Shown: positions 20,133-29,028, counted from the stretch's first letter. The stretch: 64,000 nucleotides of DNA from an uncultured Candidatus Saccharibacteria bacterium (GCA_964411375.1 CAYPKR010000001.1:168227-232226), one strand, 5' to 3'. The notes: generated by a model from the letters alone, not told the origin. Numbers and translations: made by a program.

Positions 20133-20891
20133 ATGGAAACTTCTATCTATACCGTAGACGGCAAGAAGGCAGGAAGCATCACTCTTCCAGAGTCTCTCTT
20201 TGGTGCAAAGTGGAATCCTGATTTGGTACACCAAGTAACGGTTGCTGAAGCAGCAAACATCCGCAATACGGTTGCTCACACTAAGGGACGTGGCGATGTT
20301 CGCGGCGGTGGTAAAAAGCCATGGCAGCAGAAGGGAACTGGTCGCGCACGCGTTGGTTCATCACGCTCACCACTGTGGCGCGGCGGAGGTACCACTCATG
20401 GACCAACAAGCGATCGAGTTTTTGAGCAGAAGATCAACAAGAAAATGAAAGTGCGCGCGCTCGCGAGCGTTCTCTCAAAGAAACTTGTTGACAACGAAAT
20501 CATTTTCGTCGACACGATGAGCTTTAGCGCGCCAAAAGCCTCAAAAGCAAAAGAAATGCTCGGCACTCTTTCAAAAGTATCTGGCTTCGAAAAACTTTCG
20601 ACCAAGAAAACAAATGCCGCACTCATTGGTTTCCCAACGAATGACATACATGCAAAGAAGAGTTTCCGCAATTTTGGAAACATTACCGTTACTGAAGTAC
20701 GTAACTGGACTGCAGGTGCACTTCTCAAAGCGAAGTTTGTGATCATGGTTCAGCCAACGGATTCACTCAAGACCTTGTCTTCTCGAATGGGTGAAGAAGT
20801 TGCGGTAGTAAAGGTTCCGTCTCCGAAGAAGCGCGCACCGGTTCCGGCGAAAGTAGCAAAGAAAGCTGCGCCTAAGAAGTCTGCAAAATAA
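20133..20891 (+). CDS. rplD: 50S ribosomal protein L4 with a Lys/Ala-rich C-terminal extension
   Basis: uL4 core (GGGKKPWQQKGTGRAR). Confidence 0.92.
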   Translation: METSIYTVDGKKAGSITLPESLFGAKWNPDLVHQVTVAEAANIRNTVAHTKGRGDVRGGGKKPWQQKGTGRARVGSSRSPLWRGGGTTHGPTSDRVFEQKINKKMKVRALASVLSKKLVDNEIIFVDTMSFSAPKASKAKEMLGTLSKVSGFEKLSTKKTNAALIGFPTNDIHAKKSFRNFGNITVTEVRNWTAGALLKAKFVIMVQPTDSLKTLSSRMGEEVAVVKVPSPKKRAPVPAKVAKKAAPKKSAK

Positions 20892-20892
20892 T

Positions 20893-21246
20893 ATGGCCCT
20901 CTTTAAAACAACAACTGAAAAAAATGCCAAGAAGGACGCAAAGGCGCATGCATCTTCGACGATTGATGCAGGTACAGTAATCGTGCGTCCACACATCACG
21001 GAAAAGGCAGCAATCAAGACTGGCGACAATGTCTATGTCTTTGAAATTTCTTCTCGCGCAACCAAGACTGAAGTCATGAAAGCGATCAATGCGCTCTACA
21101 AAGTCATGCCAATCAAGGTGAACATTGTTCGCAAGAGCCCGCTTACAGTTCCACAGCGTTCTCGTCGTGGCATGCCGGGCACCAAGAGTGGTATGAAGAA
21201 GGCATATGTCTACTTGAAGAAGGGAGACAAAATTGAATTTGTATAG
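20893..21246 (+). CDS. rplW: 50S ribosomal protein L23
   Basis: uL23 core (VIVRPHITEKA...YVFEV...K). Confidence 0.9.
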   Translation: MALFKTTTEKNAKKDAKAHASSTIDAGTVIVRPHITEKAAIKTGDNVYVFEISSRATKTEVMKAINALYKVMPIKVNIVRKSPLTVPQRSRRGMPGTKSGMKKAYVYLKKGDKIEFV

Positions 21247-21255
21247 AACACTCGT

Positions 21256-22101
21256 ATGAAATCCTACAAGCCAACAAGTCCATCACGCCGCGGGATGACC
21301 AATCCAGATTATAAGCAATTGCTTTCTGGAAATCGTCCGCATAAAGCGCTCGTCAAAGGTGGTAAGCGCGACATGGGTCGCAACTCATTTGGTCGCATCA
21401 CTACTCGCCACAAGGGAGGAGGCAACAAGAAGCTTCAGCGCGATGTTGATTTTGTCTACAACAAGAAAAATATTGAAGCGAAAGTAGAATCGATCGAATT
21501 CGATCCAAACCGCACTGGTTTCATCGCACTCGTTTGCTATCGCGACGGAGAGCGACGCTACATTCTTGCGCCAAAGTCAGTAAAAGTTGGCGACACGATC
21601 ATTGCGTCTGAAACCGCACGCGTAAAGCCGGGCAATCGCCTTCCACTCTCGAAGATTCCCGTTGGAACATTCGTCTACAATGTTGAAATCAAACCAGGAA
21701 ATGGTGCGAAGATGGTTCGCTCTGCAGGAAACTATGCAGAAGTATCTGCACAAGACGGCGACTATACGCTCATAAAAATGCCATCAACTGAAGTTCGCCG
21801 ATTCCTCGGCACTGCATGGGCATCGGTTGGTGAAGTTTCAAATGATGAACATCATCTCGCGGTTGTTGGAAAAGCAGGACGCTCACGTCACAAGGGAATC
21901 CGCCCAACTGTTCGCGGTACCGTGATGAACCCAGTCGACCATCCACACGGAGGAGGCGAAGGAAAGGCAGGTCGTGGTCACCGCCGCGCACGCTCTATGT
22001 GGGGCAAGCCAACTGGCAAAGGTCACAAGACTCGAACGCCGAAGAAATACTCAAACTACCTCATCGTTTCTCGCCGCAAGGTCGGAAAGAAAAATAAATA
22101 A
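21256..22101 (+). CDS. rplB: 50S ribosomal protein L2
   Basis: GGGNKKLQR...HPHGGGEGK. Canonical uL2. Confidence 0.95.
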   Translation: MKSYKPTSPSRRGMTNPDYKQLLSGNRPHKALVKGGKRDMGRNSFGRITTRHKGGGNKKLQRDVDFVYNKKNIEAKVESIEFDPNRTGFIALVCYRDGERRYILAPKSVKVGDTIIASETARVKPGNRLPLSKIPVGTFVYNVEIKPGNGAKMVRSAGNYAEVSAQDGDYTLIKMPSTEVRRFLGTAWASVGEVSNDEHHLAVVGKAGRSRHKGIRPTVRGTVMNPVDHPHGGGEGKAGRGHRRARSMWGKPTGKGHKTRTPKKYSNYLIVSRRKVGKKNK

Positions 22102-22110
22102 AACAGAACA

Positions 22111-22132
22111 CGCCGACTCTCCCGAGTCGGCG
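22111..22132. terminator. bidirectional terminator after rplB and after the 22156 minus-strand gene
   Basis: cgccgactctc-ccgagagtcggcg-like hairpin (cgccgactctcccgagtcggcg) with T-rich flanks on both strands. Confidence 0.5.
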
Positions 22133-22155
22133 CTTCGTTTCTGCTTTCCACTGGC

Positions 22156-22482
22156 TTATTCCAAAAGCTGCGGAGGAAATTCGATTTCCAATTTCTCTAA
22201 TTGTGCATTGAGACCGGTATCTTTTTTACGCAATCGTTCGATGCACTTGATGGCGTGGGCTATGGTCGTGTGATCACGCTCAAGTAGTCGCCCCAAAGAG
22301 TTAAGACTAATCGGTCTTCTATCCTTAACTAGGTGCCGACGTGCAATATAGATGGCAACATGTCGAGCGTGCACGATCGGAGCGGCTCGACTCACTCCCA
22401 TGATTTTATCTTCCGCAATCCAGAAATTCATGGATACTGCACGAATGATTCGTGCGAAAGCCCCATTTGGTTTCAAGGGCAT
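22156..22482 (-). CDS. stand-alone DnaA domain-IV (C-terminal helix-turn-helix DNA-binding domain) protein, 108 aa
   Basis: SRAAPIVHARHVAIYIARRHL......LGRLLERDHTTIAHAIKCIERLRKKD aligns with DnaA domain IV (SRSVARPRQMAMAL...GGRDHTTVLHACRKIEQLR). There is no AAA+ domain. Confidence 0.6.
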   Translation of the reverse strand: MPLKPNGAFARIIRAVSMNFWIAEDKIMGVSRAAPIVHARHVAIYIARRHLVKDRRPISLNSLGRLLERDHTTIAHAIKCIERLRKKDTGLNAQLEKLEIEFPPQLLE

Positions 22483-22567
22483 TGCTCTCTATTCCGATTG
22501 TTTCAGATGACTTTCCACACTAAATCATAGGCAATTCTGCATTTCAAATACGCTATATAAAGTAATA

Positions 22568-22593
22568 GCCGCCGGCGCAATTGCGCCGGCGGC
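22568..22593 (-). terminator. terminator of the 22599-23045 minus-strand gene
   Basis: gccgccggcgc-aatt-gcgccggcggc, a perfect 11-bp stem. Confidence 0.5.
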
Positions 22594-22598
22594 TTCCA

Positions 22599-23045
22599 TC
22601 AGCCATACCGTGCGACACCTTTACTGCGAAGTCTTCTTGCCGCGTTGACTACTGGTGTAGCGAGACGAACTGATGTGATTTCGTACGCCGAAACTAGGTT
22701 TGTATTCCTTCCGTTCGGATGAGGAATGCCGCGTGTCTCGACAAAGTTACCACAAAGCAGGTGGCGAATTGGATTTCCTTGACCCAACCTAAGGAAGGCA
22801 AAGATACCAGCCACTGATTGGGCACAGGCAAAATTTCGACGACATTTTCCTCTCCAGAAAAATAATTCGACGATTTCGCCGTTGATCAATCTCCTGACCT
22901 TAAGTATGCCTTCGTCTGAATACAGAACGTCTCCAACCCGCAAAGCATTTTCGGGAGAATTTGGAGGAAACTCCAGGGCGCTCCTCGCCAGAATCAGGTT
23001 CATGTACCCCACATCCCCGTTGGTGATACAAAGTCCATTTTGCAT
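22599..23045 (-). CDS. hypothetical protein with a weak Hint/intein-like pattern
   Basis: 148 aa. An N-terminal C-ITNGD-VG and a later T-RGIPHP loosely resemble Hint blocks A and B. This is weak. Confidence 0.3.
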   Translation of the reverse strand: MQNGLCITNGDVGYMNLILARSALEFPPNSPENALRVGDVLYSDEGILKVRRLINGEIVELFFWRGKCRRNFACAQSVAGIFAFLRLGQGNPIRHLLCGNFVETRGIPHPNGRNTNLVSAYEITSVRLATPVVNAARRLRSKGVARYG

Positions 23046-23088
23046 TAAAAACTATTTTGAAGATTTGTCAAAAATATAAAAAATACGC

Positions 23089-23111
23089 CCCCGAGCCGTG
23101 CTGGCTCGGGG
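23089..23111 (-). terminator. terminator of the 23142-23528 minus-strand gene
   Basis: ccccgagcc-gtgct-ggctcgggg, with TTTTTTATATTTTT following on the minus strand. Confidence 0.5.
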
Positions 23112-23141
23112 TTCGATTGAAAGATCATCGGAATATGGCGG

Positions 23142-23528
23142 CTACACTTTTGCCATCGTCATACTTGATTCGGCGAGGGCAAATGCTGCGTCCACTGAAA
23201 AGGCGAGACGGTTCTGAAAGTTGTCTGGGAGCCGATAACTCTCTGAGATGTGGACCGAAACGCCAGAGAGGTCTTTTCCATCCAGCACTAGAATTCCTGC
23301 TCCCGTTCCACAGATCTCATCCAGCACCCCCTCAACAACCCCCCGAAAGGTGTAATAGTTTTGAATTTGTGGGCGCACCTTCTTTTTCCCGGTGGAGCGA
23401 GTCCTGACTGCGAATCGTACGAACGGTCCTGCCCCCCGCACCTTCTTGCGAGCGACAACCTCGAACTGGTGTCTCACAACAACTGCCATCCTCTCCTCCA
23501 TCACGATGGGCCAGGTATAATTCAACAT
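23142..23528 (-). CDS. hypothetical protein
   Basis: 128 aa with a downstream terminator. No recognisable domain. Confidence 0.35.
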   Translation of the reverse strand: MLNYTWPIVMEERMAVVVRHQFEVVARKKVRGAGPFVRFAVRTRSTGKKKVRPQIQNYYTFRGVVEGVLDEICGTGAGILVLDGKDLSGVSVHISESYRLPDNFQNRLAFSVDAAFALAESSMTMAKV

Positions 23529-23584
23529 TTTTGTCTCTTTATGTCAAATTCTCGCCCGCCCTAATTTGGCCCCGGAGTGCGCGG

Positions 23585-23613
23585 TTTGACAGGGAGGGGG
23601 CTTTCCCGTACTA
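23585..23613 (+). promoter_or_regulatory. sigma70-like promoter for rpsS (TTGACA-17-TACTAT)
   Basis: gtttgacaggg...tactatg. Its flanks are nearly identical to those of the promoter at 27835. Confidence 0.5.
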
Positions 23614-23653
23614 TGCTTCCCAAGCTCTCTCGCGAGCTATTTTCTTTACTGCA

Positions 23654-24007
23654 ATGACACGATCGCTCAAAAAAGGCCCATATGTCGAAGCACGACTCCT
23701 CAAGAAAATTGAGGGTAAAAAGCCTGGAACAGGTGGTGCTATTAAGACGTGGTCACGCCGCTCGCAGATCTCCCCTGAAATGGTCGGCTTTATCTTTGGT
23801 GTTCACAACGGAAAAGATCATATTCCCGTTTTGATCAGTGAAGAAATGGTCGGTCATCGACTTGGTGAATTTGCTCCAACGACCAAATTCGTTCGTCACG
23901 GAGGTAAGATGCAGAAGGAACTTGAAACCAAGAAGAAAGAGGGTGAAATTGCTGCTGCAAAGGCTGCAAAGGCACCACCTGCGGCTGCACCTGGCGCAAA
24001 GAAATAA
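23654..24007 (+). CDS. rpsS: 30S ribosomal protein S19 with an Ala/Lys-rich C-terminal tail
   Basis: [18 protein letters not shown]...TWSRRS...VHNGK.H. The start was set at the conserved uS19 N-terminus. Confidence 0.92.
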   Translation: MTRSLKKGPYVEARLLKKIEGKKPGTGGAIKTWSRRSQISPEMVGFIFGVHNGKDHIPVLISEEMVGHRLGEFAPTTKFVRHGGKMQKELETKKKEGEIAAAKAAKAPPAAAPGAKK

Positions 24008-24019
24008 TTTTGAATCTCC

Positions 24020-24451
24020 ATGAAAGCGTTTCTTAAAAACTATCGTCATGCTCCCCGCAAAGTCCGCCTCGTAACTGACGCGGTTAAGGGTAAGCGTGCT
24101 GACCAGGCGCTCACGGAGCTTAGTCATGCAAACAAGAAGGGTGCAGACCAGATTGCAAAACTCATTGCGTCTGCGGTTGCGAATGCAAAAGTCGCTGATT
24201 CAAAGATCAGCGCAAGCGAGCTTGTTATCTCGAACATTACTGTTGATCAGGGAATCGTGATGAAGCGCTTCACTCCTCGTGCACGCGGTCGCGCATTTCC
24301 AATCAAGCGTGAGTCATCGCATGTTCGCGTTGAACTTACGAAGGTGGGAGGAGAGAAAGCTCCAAAAGCAAAAGCTGTAAAGGCAGAGGCACCAGCTTCT
24401 GAAGCGAAGCCAAAGACCGTTCGTAAGCCACGAGCGAAGAAAGCGCAATAA
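24020..24451 (+). CDS. rplV: 50S ribosomal protein L22 with a C-terminal extension
   Basis: uL22 core. Confidence 0.9.
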   Translation: MKAFLKNYRHAPRKVRLVTDAVKGKRADQALTELSHANKKGADQIAKLIASAVANAKVADSKISASELVISNITVDQGIVMKRFTPRARGRAFPIKRESSHVRVELTKVGGEKAPKAKAVKAEAPASEAKPKTVRKPRAKKAQ

Positions 24452-24483
24452 TAATTTCTGGAATTTCTGAATTTTCAAATACC

Positions 24484-25233
24484 ATGACACACATTGTCCA
24501 CCCATATTCACATCGCCTCGGCATCATCCGCGAATGGAAGTCGCGCTGGTTTGCACCAAACACGAAAGTGTTTGCAGAATATTTGAAGTGCGACACGATG
24601 CTTCGCGAATATTTGAACAAGCGACTCCGCGGCATGTACACGGGTGCTTTGGAGATTGAACGCTCGGGCAATGTGCTCCGCATCATCATCAAGACGTCTC
24701 GTCCCGGCATGATCATCGGACGCTCCGGAGAGGGATCAGTAAAACTCAAGGCTGATATCGAAAAGACGCTTCGCAAGCTCAAGCTCGCTGAAATGCCTGA
24801 AATCAAAGTGGATGTCGAAGAAATTCGCAATCCAGAATCAAATGCAAACATTGTCGCCTACATGATTGCTGAAGGACTCGAAAAGCGTCTTCCATTCCGT
24901 CGTGTGATGAAACAGACGGTTGAGAAGGTTATGGCGAACCGTGAAGTACTCGGTGTGCGCATTGTTCTCGCTGGTCGCCTTGGTGGTGCTGAAATGTCAC
25001 GTCGCGAAGAATTGAAGCGTGGACGAATTCCACTTCAGACGCTCCGTGCGGATATCGATTTCAAGCGTGAAGAAGCATTTCTTCCATACGGAAAAATCGG
25101 CATCAAGGTATGGATCTACCGTGGCGATATCTTTGAAGGTATGGAGCGCCCAACTGAATCGCATGCACCACGCCCTCAGCACGCCCGCAATGAGCGAAGT
25201 GAACGCACTCGTGGAGGAGAACGAAAGCGATAA
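24484..25233 (+). CDS. rpsC: 30S ribosomal protein S3
   Basis: HPYSHRLGI...W.SRWFA uS3 N-terminus with a KH domain. Confidence 0.95.
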   Translation: MTHIVHPYSHRLGIIREWKSRWFAPNTKVFAEYLKCDTMLREYLNKRLRGMYTGALEIERSGNVLRIIIKTSRPGMIIGRSGEGSVKLKADIEKTLRKLKLAEMPEIKVDVEEIRNPESNANIVAYMIAEGLEKRLPFRRVMKQTVEKVMANREVLGVRIVLAGRLGGAEMSRREELKRGRIPLQTLRADIDFKREEAFLPYGKIGIKVWIYRGDIFEGMERPTESHAPRPQHARNERSERTRGGERKR

Positions 25234-25242
25234 TCAACCGAT

Positions 25243-25668
25243 ATGCTATTTCCTAAGAAAGTAAAATTCAGAAAGTGGCAGCGTCAGCGCAAAAATCCGA
25301 ACTCGATTGGTTCGGCAACGCGCGGAACACATTTGGCATTTGGTTCATTCGGCATGAAGTCAGTTACCTATGCACGCGTACGCTCGAATCAAATCGAAGC
25401 GGCTCGTAAGGTTATTGCTCGTCACCTCGGTAAAACTGGTCGCACATGGATTCGCATTTTCCCTGATCGCCCATGGACACAGAAGGCAGCAGAAGTGGGA
25501 ATGGGTAAGGGAAAGGGAGATCTTCAGGGCTTCGAGTTTGAAGTGCTTCCTGGACGCCTTCTTTTCGAAGTTGATGGTATTCCAGAAAAAGTAGCGATGG
25601 AAGCGCTCATTCAGGCATCGTCGAAATTGCCGGTAAAGACAAAGATTGTCAGCCGTAAGGTTTCCTAG
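25243..25668 (+). CDS. rplP: 50S ribosomal protein L16
   Basis: PKKVKFRKWQR...G... uL16. Confidence 0.95.
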   Translation: MLFPKKVKFRKWQRQRKNPNSIGSATRGTHLAFGSFGMKSVTYARVRSNQIEAARKVIARHLGKTGRTWIRIFPDRPWTQKAAEVGMGKGKGDLQGFEFEVLPGRLLFEVDGIPEKVAMEALIQASSKLPVKTKIVSRKVS

Positions 25669-25672
25669 TACT

Positions 25673-25855
25673 ATGGCCACCGACCTCAAGAACAAAACAG
25701 CGGAAGAGCTCACGAAGCTTCTCGGAGAGAAGCGCGAGGGGCTCCGAAGTTTCCGGTTCGGCACCACCGGTGCAGGGGCAAAGAACGTAAAGGAAGGAGC
25801 GAATCTTCGCCGAGAAATCGCGCGAATCATGACTGAACTTTCCTCACGCAAATAA
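25673..25855 (+). CDS. rpmC: 50S ribosomal protein L29
   Basis: MATDLKNKTAEELTKLL..KREGL..FRF. Start set at the conserved Met. Confidence 0.85.
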   Translation: MATDLKNKTAEELTKLLGEKREGLRSFRFGTTGAGAKNVKEGANLRREIARIMTELSSRK

Positions 25856-25860
25856 TTTGT

Positions 25861-26124
25861 ATGAAAGCAGCAACGACAGAAAAGAATACTGAAGTAAAAG
25901 GCAAGCGCCTCACAGGTGTTGTCATTTCTTCGAAGATGAAAGACACCATTGTTGTGTCGGTTTCACGCTATGTGAAGCATCCAAAATATAAGAAGTTCAT
26001 CAAGCGCTCGAAGAAGTTCCATGTGCATGATCCCGGAAACACCACTGAAGTCGGTACAAAGGTAACGATTCGCGAAGTTCGCCCAATTTCAAAGACAAAG
26101 AATTTCGTCGTAGACCATAAGTAA
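25861..26124 (+). CDS. rpsQ: 30S ribosomal protein S17
   Basis: GVVISSKMKDTIVV...VKHP.Y.KFIKR..K.HVHD uS17. Confidence 0.92.
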   Translation: MKAATTEKNTEVKGKRLTGVVISSKMKDTIVVSVSRYVKHPKYKKFIKRSKKFHVHDPGNTTEVGTKVTIREVRPISKTKNFVVDHK

Positions 26125-26133
26125 TTTAGGAAC

Positions 26134-26505
26134 ATGATTCAGCCACGCTCACTCGTCACTGTTGCAGATAACTCCGGCGCAAAGATCGGACGCGTCTTCA
26201 AGGTTCTCGGCGGTTCGAAGAAGCGCTATGCAGAAATCGGCGACATCGTTGTCTTCTCAGTACAAACGGCAGAACCACGCAAAATGGTGAAGAAGAAGGA
26301 TGTACACTATGGACTCGTTGTTCGTCAGAAGAAGGCAATCCGCCGCAAGGATGGTTCGTACATCCGCTTCGATGAGAATGCAGTCGTGATTATGGAAAAG
26401 GGAAAGCCAGAACCAAAGGCAGGACGCATCTTCGGTCCAATTCCTCGAGAAATTGCAGAACTCGGCTACCAAACTATCATCTCAAAGGCTGCTGAAGTCG
26501 TATAA
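26134..26505 (+). CDS. rplN: 50S ribosomal protein L14
   Basis: MIQPRSLVTVADNSGAK uL14. Confidence 0.95.
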   Translation: MIQPRSLVTVADNSGAKIGRVFKVLGGSKKRYAEIGDIVVFSVQTAEPRKMVKKKDVHYGLVVRQKKAIRRKDGSYIRFDENAVVIMEKGKPEPKAGRIFGPIPREIAELGYQTIISKAAEVV

Positions 26506-26509
26506 CATC

Positions 26510-26821
26510 ATGAGCAAGATCAAGAAAGGCGACAAAGTAATAGTGACTGCAGGAAAGGACAAGGGAAAGACTGGATCGGTTCTTCGCGTTATTCCGAAGG
26601 AAAATCGAGTGCTCGTCGAAGGTGTTAATGTCCGCAAGAAGCACTTAAAGGCAAAGAAGACCGGTCAGAAAGGTCAGATTGTTGATTTGGCACTCCCAAT
26701 TCACATCTCGAATGTTTCTATTTTTGATGAAAAGACTAAGAAGGCGACTCGTGTTCACTTCAAGACTGAAGGAGATAAAAAGGTTCGCGTCAGTGTAAAG
26801 AGTGCCGCGATACTCAAGTAG
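26510..26821 (+). CDS. rplX: 50S ribosomal protein L24
   Basis: MSKIKKGDKVIVTAGKDKGKTGSV uL24 KOW domain. Start set at the conserved Met. Confidence 0.9.
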   Translation: MSKIKKGDKVIVTAGKDKGKTGSVLRVIPKENRVLVEGVNVRKKHLKAKKTGQKGQIVDLALPIHISNVSIFDEKTKKATRVHFKTEGDKKVRVSVKSAAILK

Positions 26822-26838
26822 TTTGATAATCCACGAAT

Positions 26839-27372
26839 ATGAATACGGTTCAGGAACAAACAAAAACTGCATATGAAGCCCTCAAGGCAGATTTTGGCTA
26901 CAAGAATAAAATGCAGTCACCAAAATTGGTGAAAGTAGTCATTTCGGTTGGTACTGGTTCGGTAAAAGACAAGGAGCGACCGAAGGTCATCCAGGATCGT
27001 CTTGCTAAGATCACTGGTCAAAAGCCAGCAGCTCGCCAGGCAAAGAAGGCTATCGCGTCGTTTAAGACTCGAACGGGAATGGTGATCGGCTACCAAGTAA
27101 CACTTCGTGGCGCCCGCATGTATGATTTTGTTAACAAACTCATCCACATTGCACTTCCTCGTACTCGCGACTTCCGTGGACTCTCGGTTAAATCAATCGA
27201 CGGCATGGGCAACTACACGCTCGGCATCAAAGAGCACACCATTTTCCCTGAAACCTCCGATGAAGATTTGAAGGACGTATTCGGTCTTGCTATTACCTTG
27301 GTAACAACCGCAAAGACCAAGAAAGAAGCCGAAATGTATCTCCGTCACATCGGACTTCCTCTTCAGAAATAA
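26839..27372 (+). CDS. rplE: 50S ribosomal protein L5
   Basis: uL5 family core over 177 aa. Confidence 0.92.
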   Translation: MNTVQEQTKTAYEALKADFGYKNKMQSPKLVKVVISVGTGSVKDKERPKVIQDRLAKITGQKPAARQAKKAIASFKTRTGMVIGYQVTLRGARMYDFVNKLIHIALPRTRDFRGLSVKSIDGMGNYTLGIKEHTIFPETSDEDLKDVFGLAITLVTTAKTKKEAEMYLRHIGLPLQK

Positions 27373-27401
27373 TTCACAGTCAACCGCGTACTATAAATGG
27401 T

Positions 27402-27442
27402 GCCCGTACGAGATCGTCGCTCGTGCGGGCATCGCGGTTTTT
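27402..27442 (+). terminator. terminator-like hairpin immediately after rplE
   Basis: gcccgtacgag-atcgtcg-ctcgtgcgggc followed by atcgcggttttt. Confidence 0.4.
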
Positions 27443-27793
27443 GCTGGCGCAGTTGTACGCAATCTGCTACAAATGCTTTGAAACTACAGAAAGGTTCTTT
27501 TGATGCCACGCATACGTAGTCGACCTATACGTAAATATCATCCGGGTCAGTACTACGCCAGTCTCCGCAAGAGGGCACGACGATATGTATCTCGAGCAAA
27601 GCTTGCCGCTGCACGGTACACCGCGTGCGGGAGCGATCATACGGTACATACCCCAATCCCGTCATTTCGAGACCATTGGCCAAACGATACCAGGGAGCAG
27701 GTACTTGCTCGACGACCACCTCCCGCTCCTGTTCAGCAGATAGAGTCGGTACGGTACCGCTATTGGTTTTGAGTCGATAGACCCGCTTATACT

Positions 27794-27825
27794 GCCGCCG
27801 GCCTCAGCCGGCGGCGCTCTGTTTT
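27794..27825 (+). terminator. intrinsic terminator ending the unexplained 27440-27790 segment
   Basis: gccgccggc-ctca-gccggcggc followed by gctctgtttt. Confidence 0.55.
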
Positions 27826-27834
27826 AGGCTTTGT

Positions 27835-27863
27835 TTGACAGGGTATACTCTGACTGATACTAT
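27835..27863 (+). promoter_or_regulatory. sigma70-like promoter for rpsN-rpsH... (TTGACA-17-TACTAT)
   Basis: gtttgacagggtatactctgactgatactatg, a near-duplicate of the rpsS promoter. Confidence 0.5.
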
Positions 27864-27901
27864 GTCCCGAAGCTCGCTTAGGGCTTTCTTTTTTATCCTG
27901 T

Positions 27902-28087
27902 ATGGCAAAGACGTCAGTCAAAGTTCGCGCAAGCCGCGCACCAAAATTCAAGAGCCGCGTCGTACGACGTTGTTTTCGATGTGGTCGCAAGCATGCCTTT
28001 ATGCGCGATTTCGGACTTTGCCGCATCTGTTTCCGCGAACAGGCAAACGAAGGAAATATCCCTGGAATCAAGAAATCATCATGGTAA
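27902..28087 (+). CDS. rpsN: 30S ribosomal protein S14, zinc-binding type Z
   Basis: 61 aa with CxxC...CxxC (RCFRCGR...LCRIC). Confidence 0.9.
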   Translation: MAKTSVKVRASRAPKFKSRVVRRCFRCGRKHAFMRDFGLCRICFREQANEGNIPGIKKSSW

Positions 28088-28476
28088 CCGACCCTGTAGC
28101 AGACCTCGTAACGCAGATCAACAATGCCAGCCGTGTCGGCAAGGCGGTTGTCTCTCTTCCATATTCAGCACTTAAGCTCGCAATCGCACTTAAGCTTGCG
28201 GAAGCTGGCTACGTAAAGGCAGCGGTAAAGCATGGCAAGAAAGCCAAGAAAAATCTTGATATCGAACTCCTCTACGATAAGAACGGAAATCCTCGCATCG
28301 AAAAGATGACCCGCGTTTCAAAGCCGGGAAAGCGTGTCTACGAAAAAGCAGCAAATTTGCACACCGTTCGTGGCGGCAAGGGTGCACTTTTCCTCTCAAC
28401 TCCGAAAGGAATTATGACTGGTCGTGAGGCGCGCAAAGAAAATGTCGGCGGCGAAGCCCTCTTTACGGTTTGGTAA
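28081..28476 (+). CDS. rpsH: 30S ribosomal protein S8
   Basis: [16 protein letters not shown] uS8 N-terminus. Its ATG overlaps the rpsN stop (ATGGTAA). Confidence 0.92.
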   Translation: MVTDPVADLVTQINNASRVGKAVVSLPYSALKLAIALKLAEAGYVKAAVKHGKKAKKNLDIELLYDKNGNPRIEKMTRVSKPGKRVYEKAANLHTVRGGKGALFLSTPKGIMTGREARKENVGGEALFTVW

Positions 28477-28482
28477 AAAATC

Positions 28483-29028
28483 ATGAGCAGAATTGGCAAA
28501 CAAATCATTTCGATTCCCGCACAAACAACCGTTCAGGTTGTTGACGGGATTTTGTCTGTCAAAGGTCCTTTGGGGCAGCTTTCTCGTCCGGTCAAAGATA
28601 CGATCACGATCAAGGTTGAAGCAAACGAAGTAACGTTTGTTCCAAAGGGTGGCGAACCAAAAGATAAGGCAGAGCGCGCACTCTGGGGAACCTACGCATC
28701 TCATGTGCAGAACATGATCGCAGGTGTTAACAAGCCATTTGAAAAGAAACTTATTCTTGAAGGCATCGGCTATCGCTCTGAAGTACAGGGCAAGGACATG
28801 GTCATGAACCTCGGTTTTTCACATCAGGTTCGCATGCCGATTCCTGAAGGAATCAAGGTTGCGGTTGAAAAATCAGCAATCACCGTTACTGGTATCAGCA
28901 AAGAAGATGTTGGTGCATTTGCCGCAAAACTTCGCGAACAGAAACCCCCAGAACCATACAAGGGTAAGGGAATGCGCTACGACGGTGAAGTAATTCGCCG
29001 CAAGCAAGGTAAGAAATCAACCGCATAG
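28483..29028 (+). CDS. rplF: 50S ribosomal protein L6
   Basis: MSRIGKQIISIP..V.V......VKGPLG uL6. Confidence 0.92.
   Translation: MSRIGKQIISIPAQTTVQVVDGILSVKGPLGQLSRPVKDTITIKVEANEVTFVPKGGEPKDKAERALWGTYASHVQNMIAGVNKPFEKKLILEGIGYRSEVQGKDMVMNLGFSHQVRMPIPEGIKVAVEKSAITVTGISKEDVGAFAAKLREQKPPEPYKGKGMRYDGEVIRRKQGKKSTA

Noticed and set aside
23089-23111. GGGGTTCGATTG, which resembles a tRNA or tmRNA T-arm.
   Set aside because: No matching acceptor, D-arm or anticodon arm can be built. It folds as a simple 9-bp hairpin followed by a T-run on the minus strand, so it is a terminator.
23531-23653. Annotated N-terminal extension of the rpsS ORF starting at 23531.
   Set aside because: The extension covers the TTGACA-17-TACTAT promoter, and the conserved uS19 N-terminus ([10 protein letters not shown]) starts at 23654.
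27500-27772. Arg-rich 90-aa ORF in the rplE-rpsN insert.
   Set aside because: Not called as a CDS. There is no similarity I can recognise and it is fully overlapped by an antisense ORF. It is kept only as part of the finding on that region.
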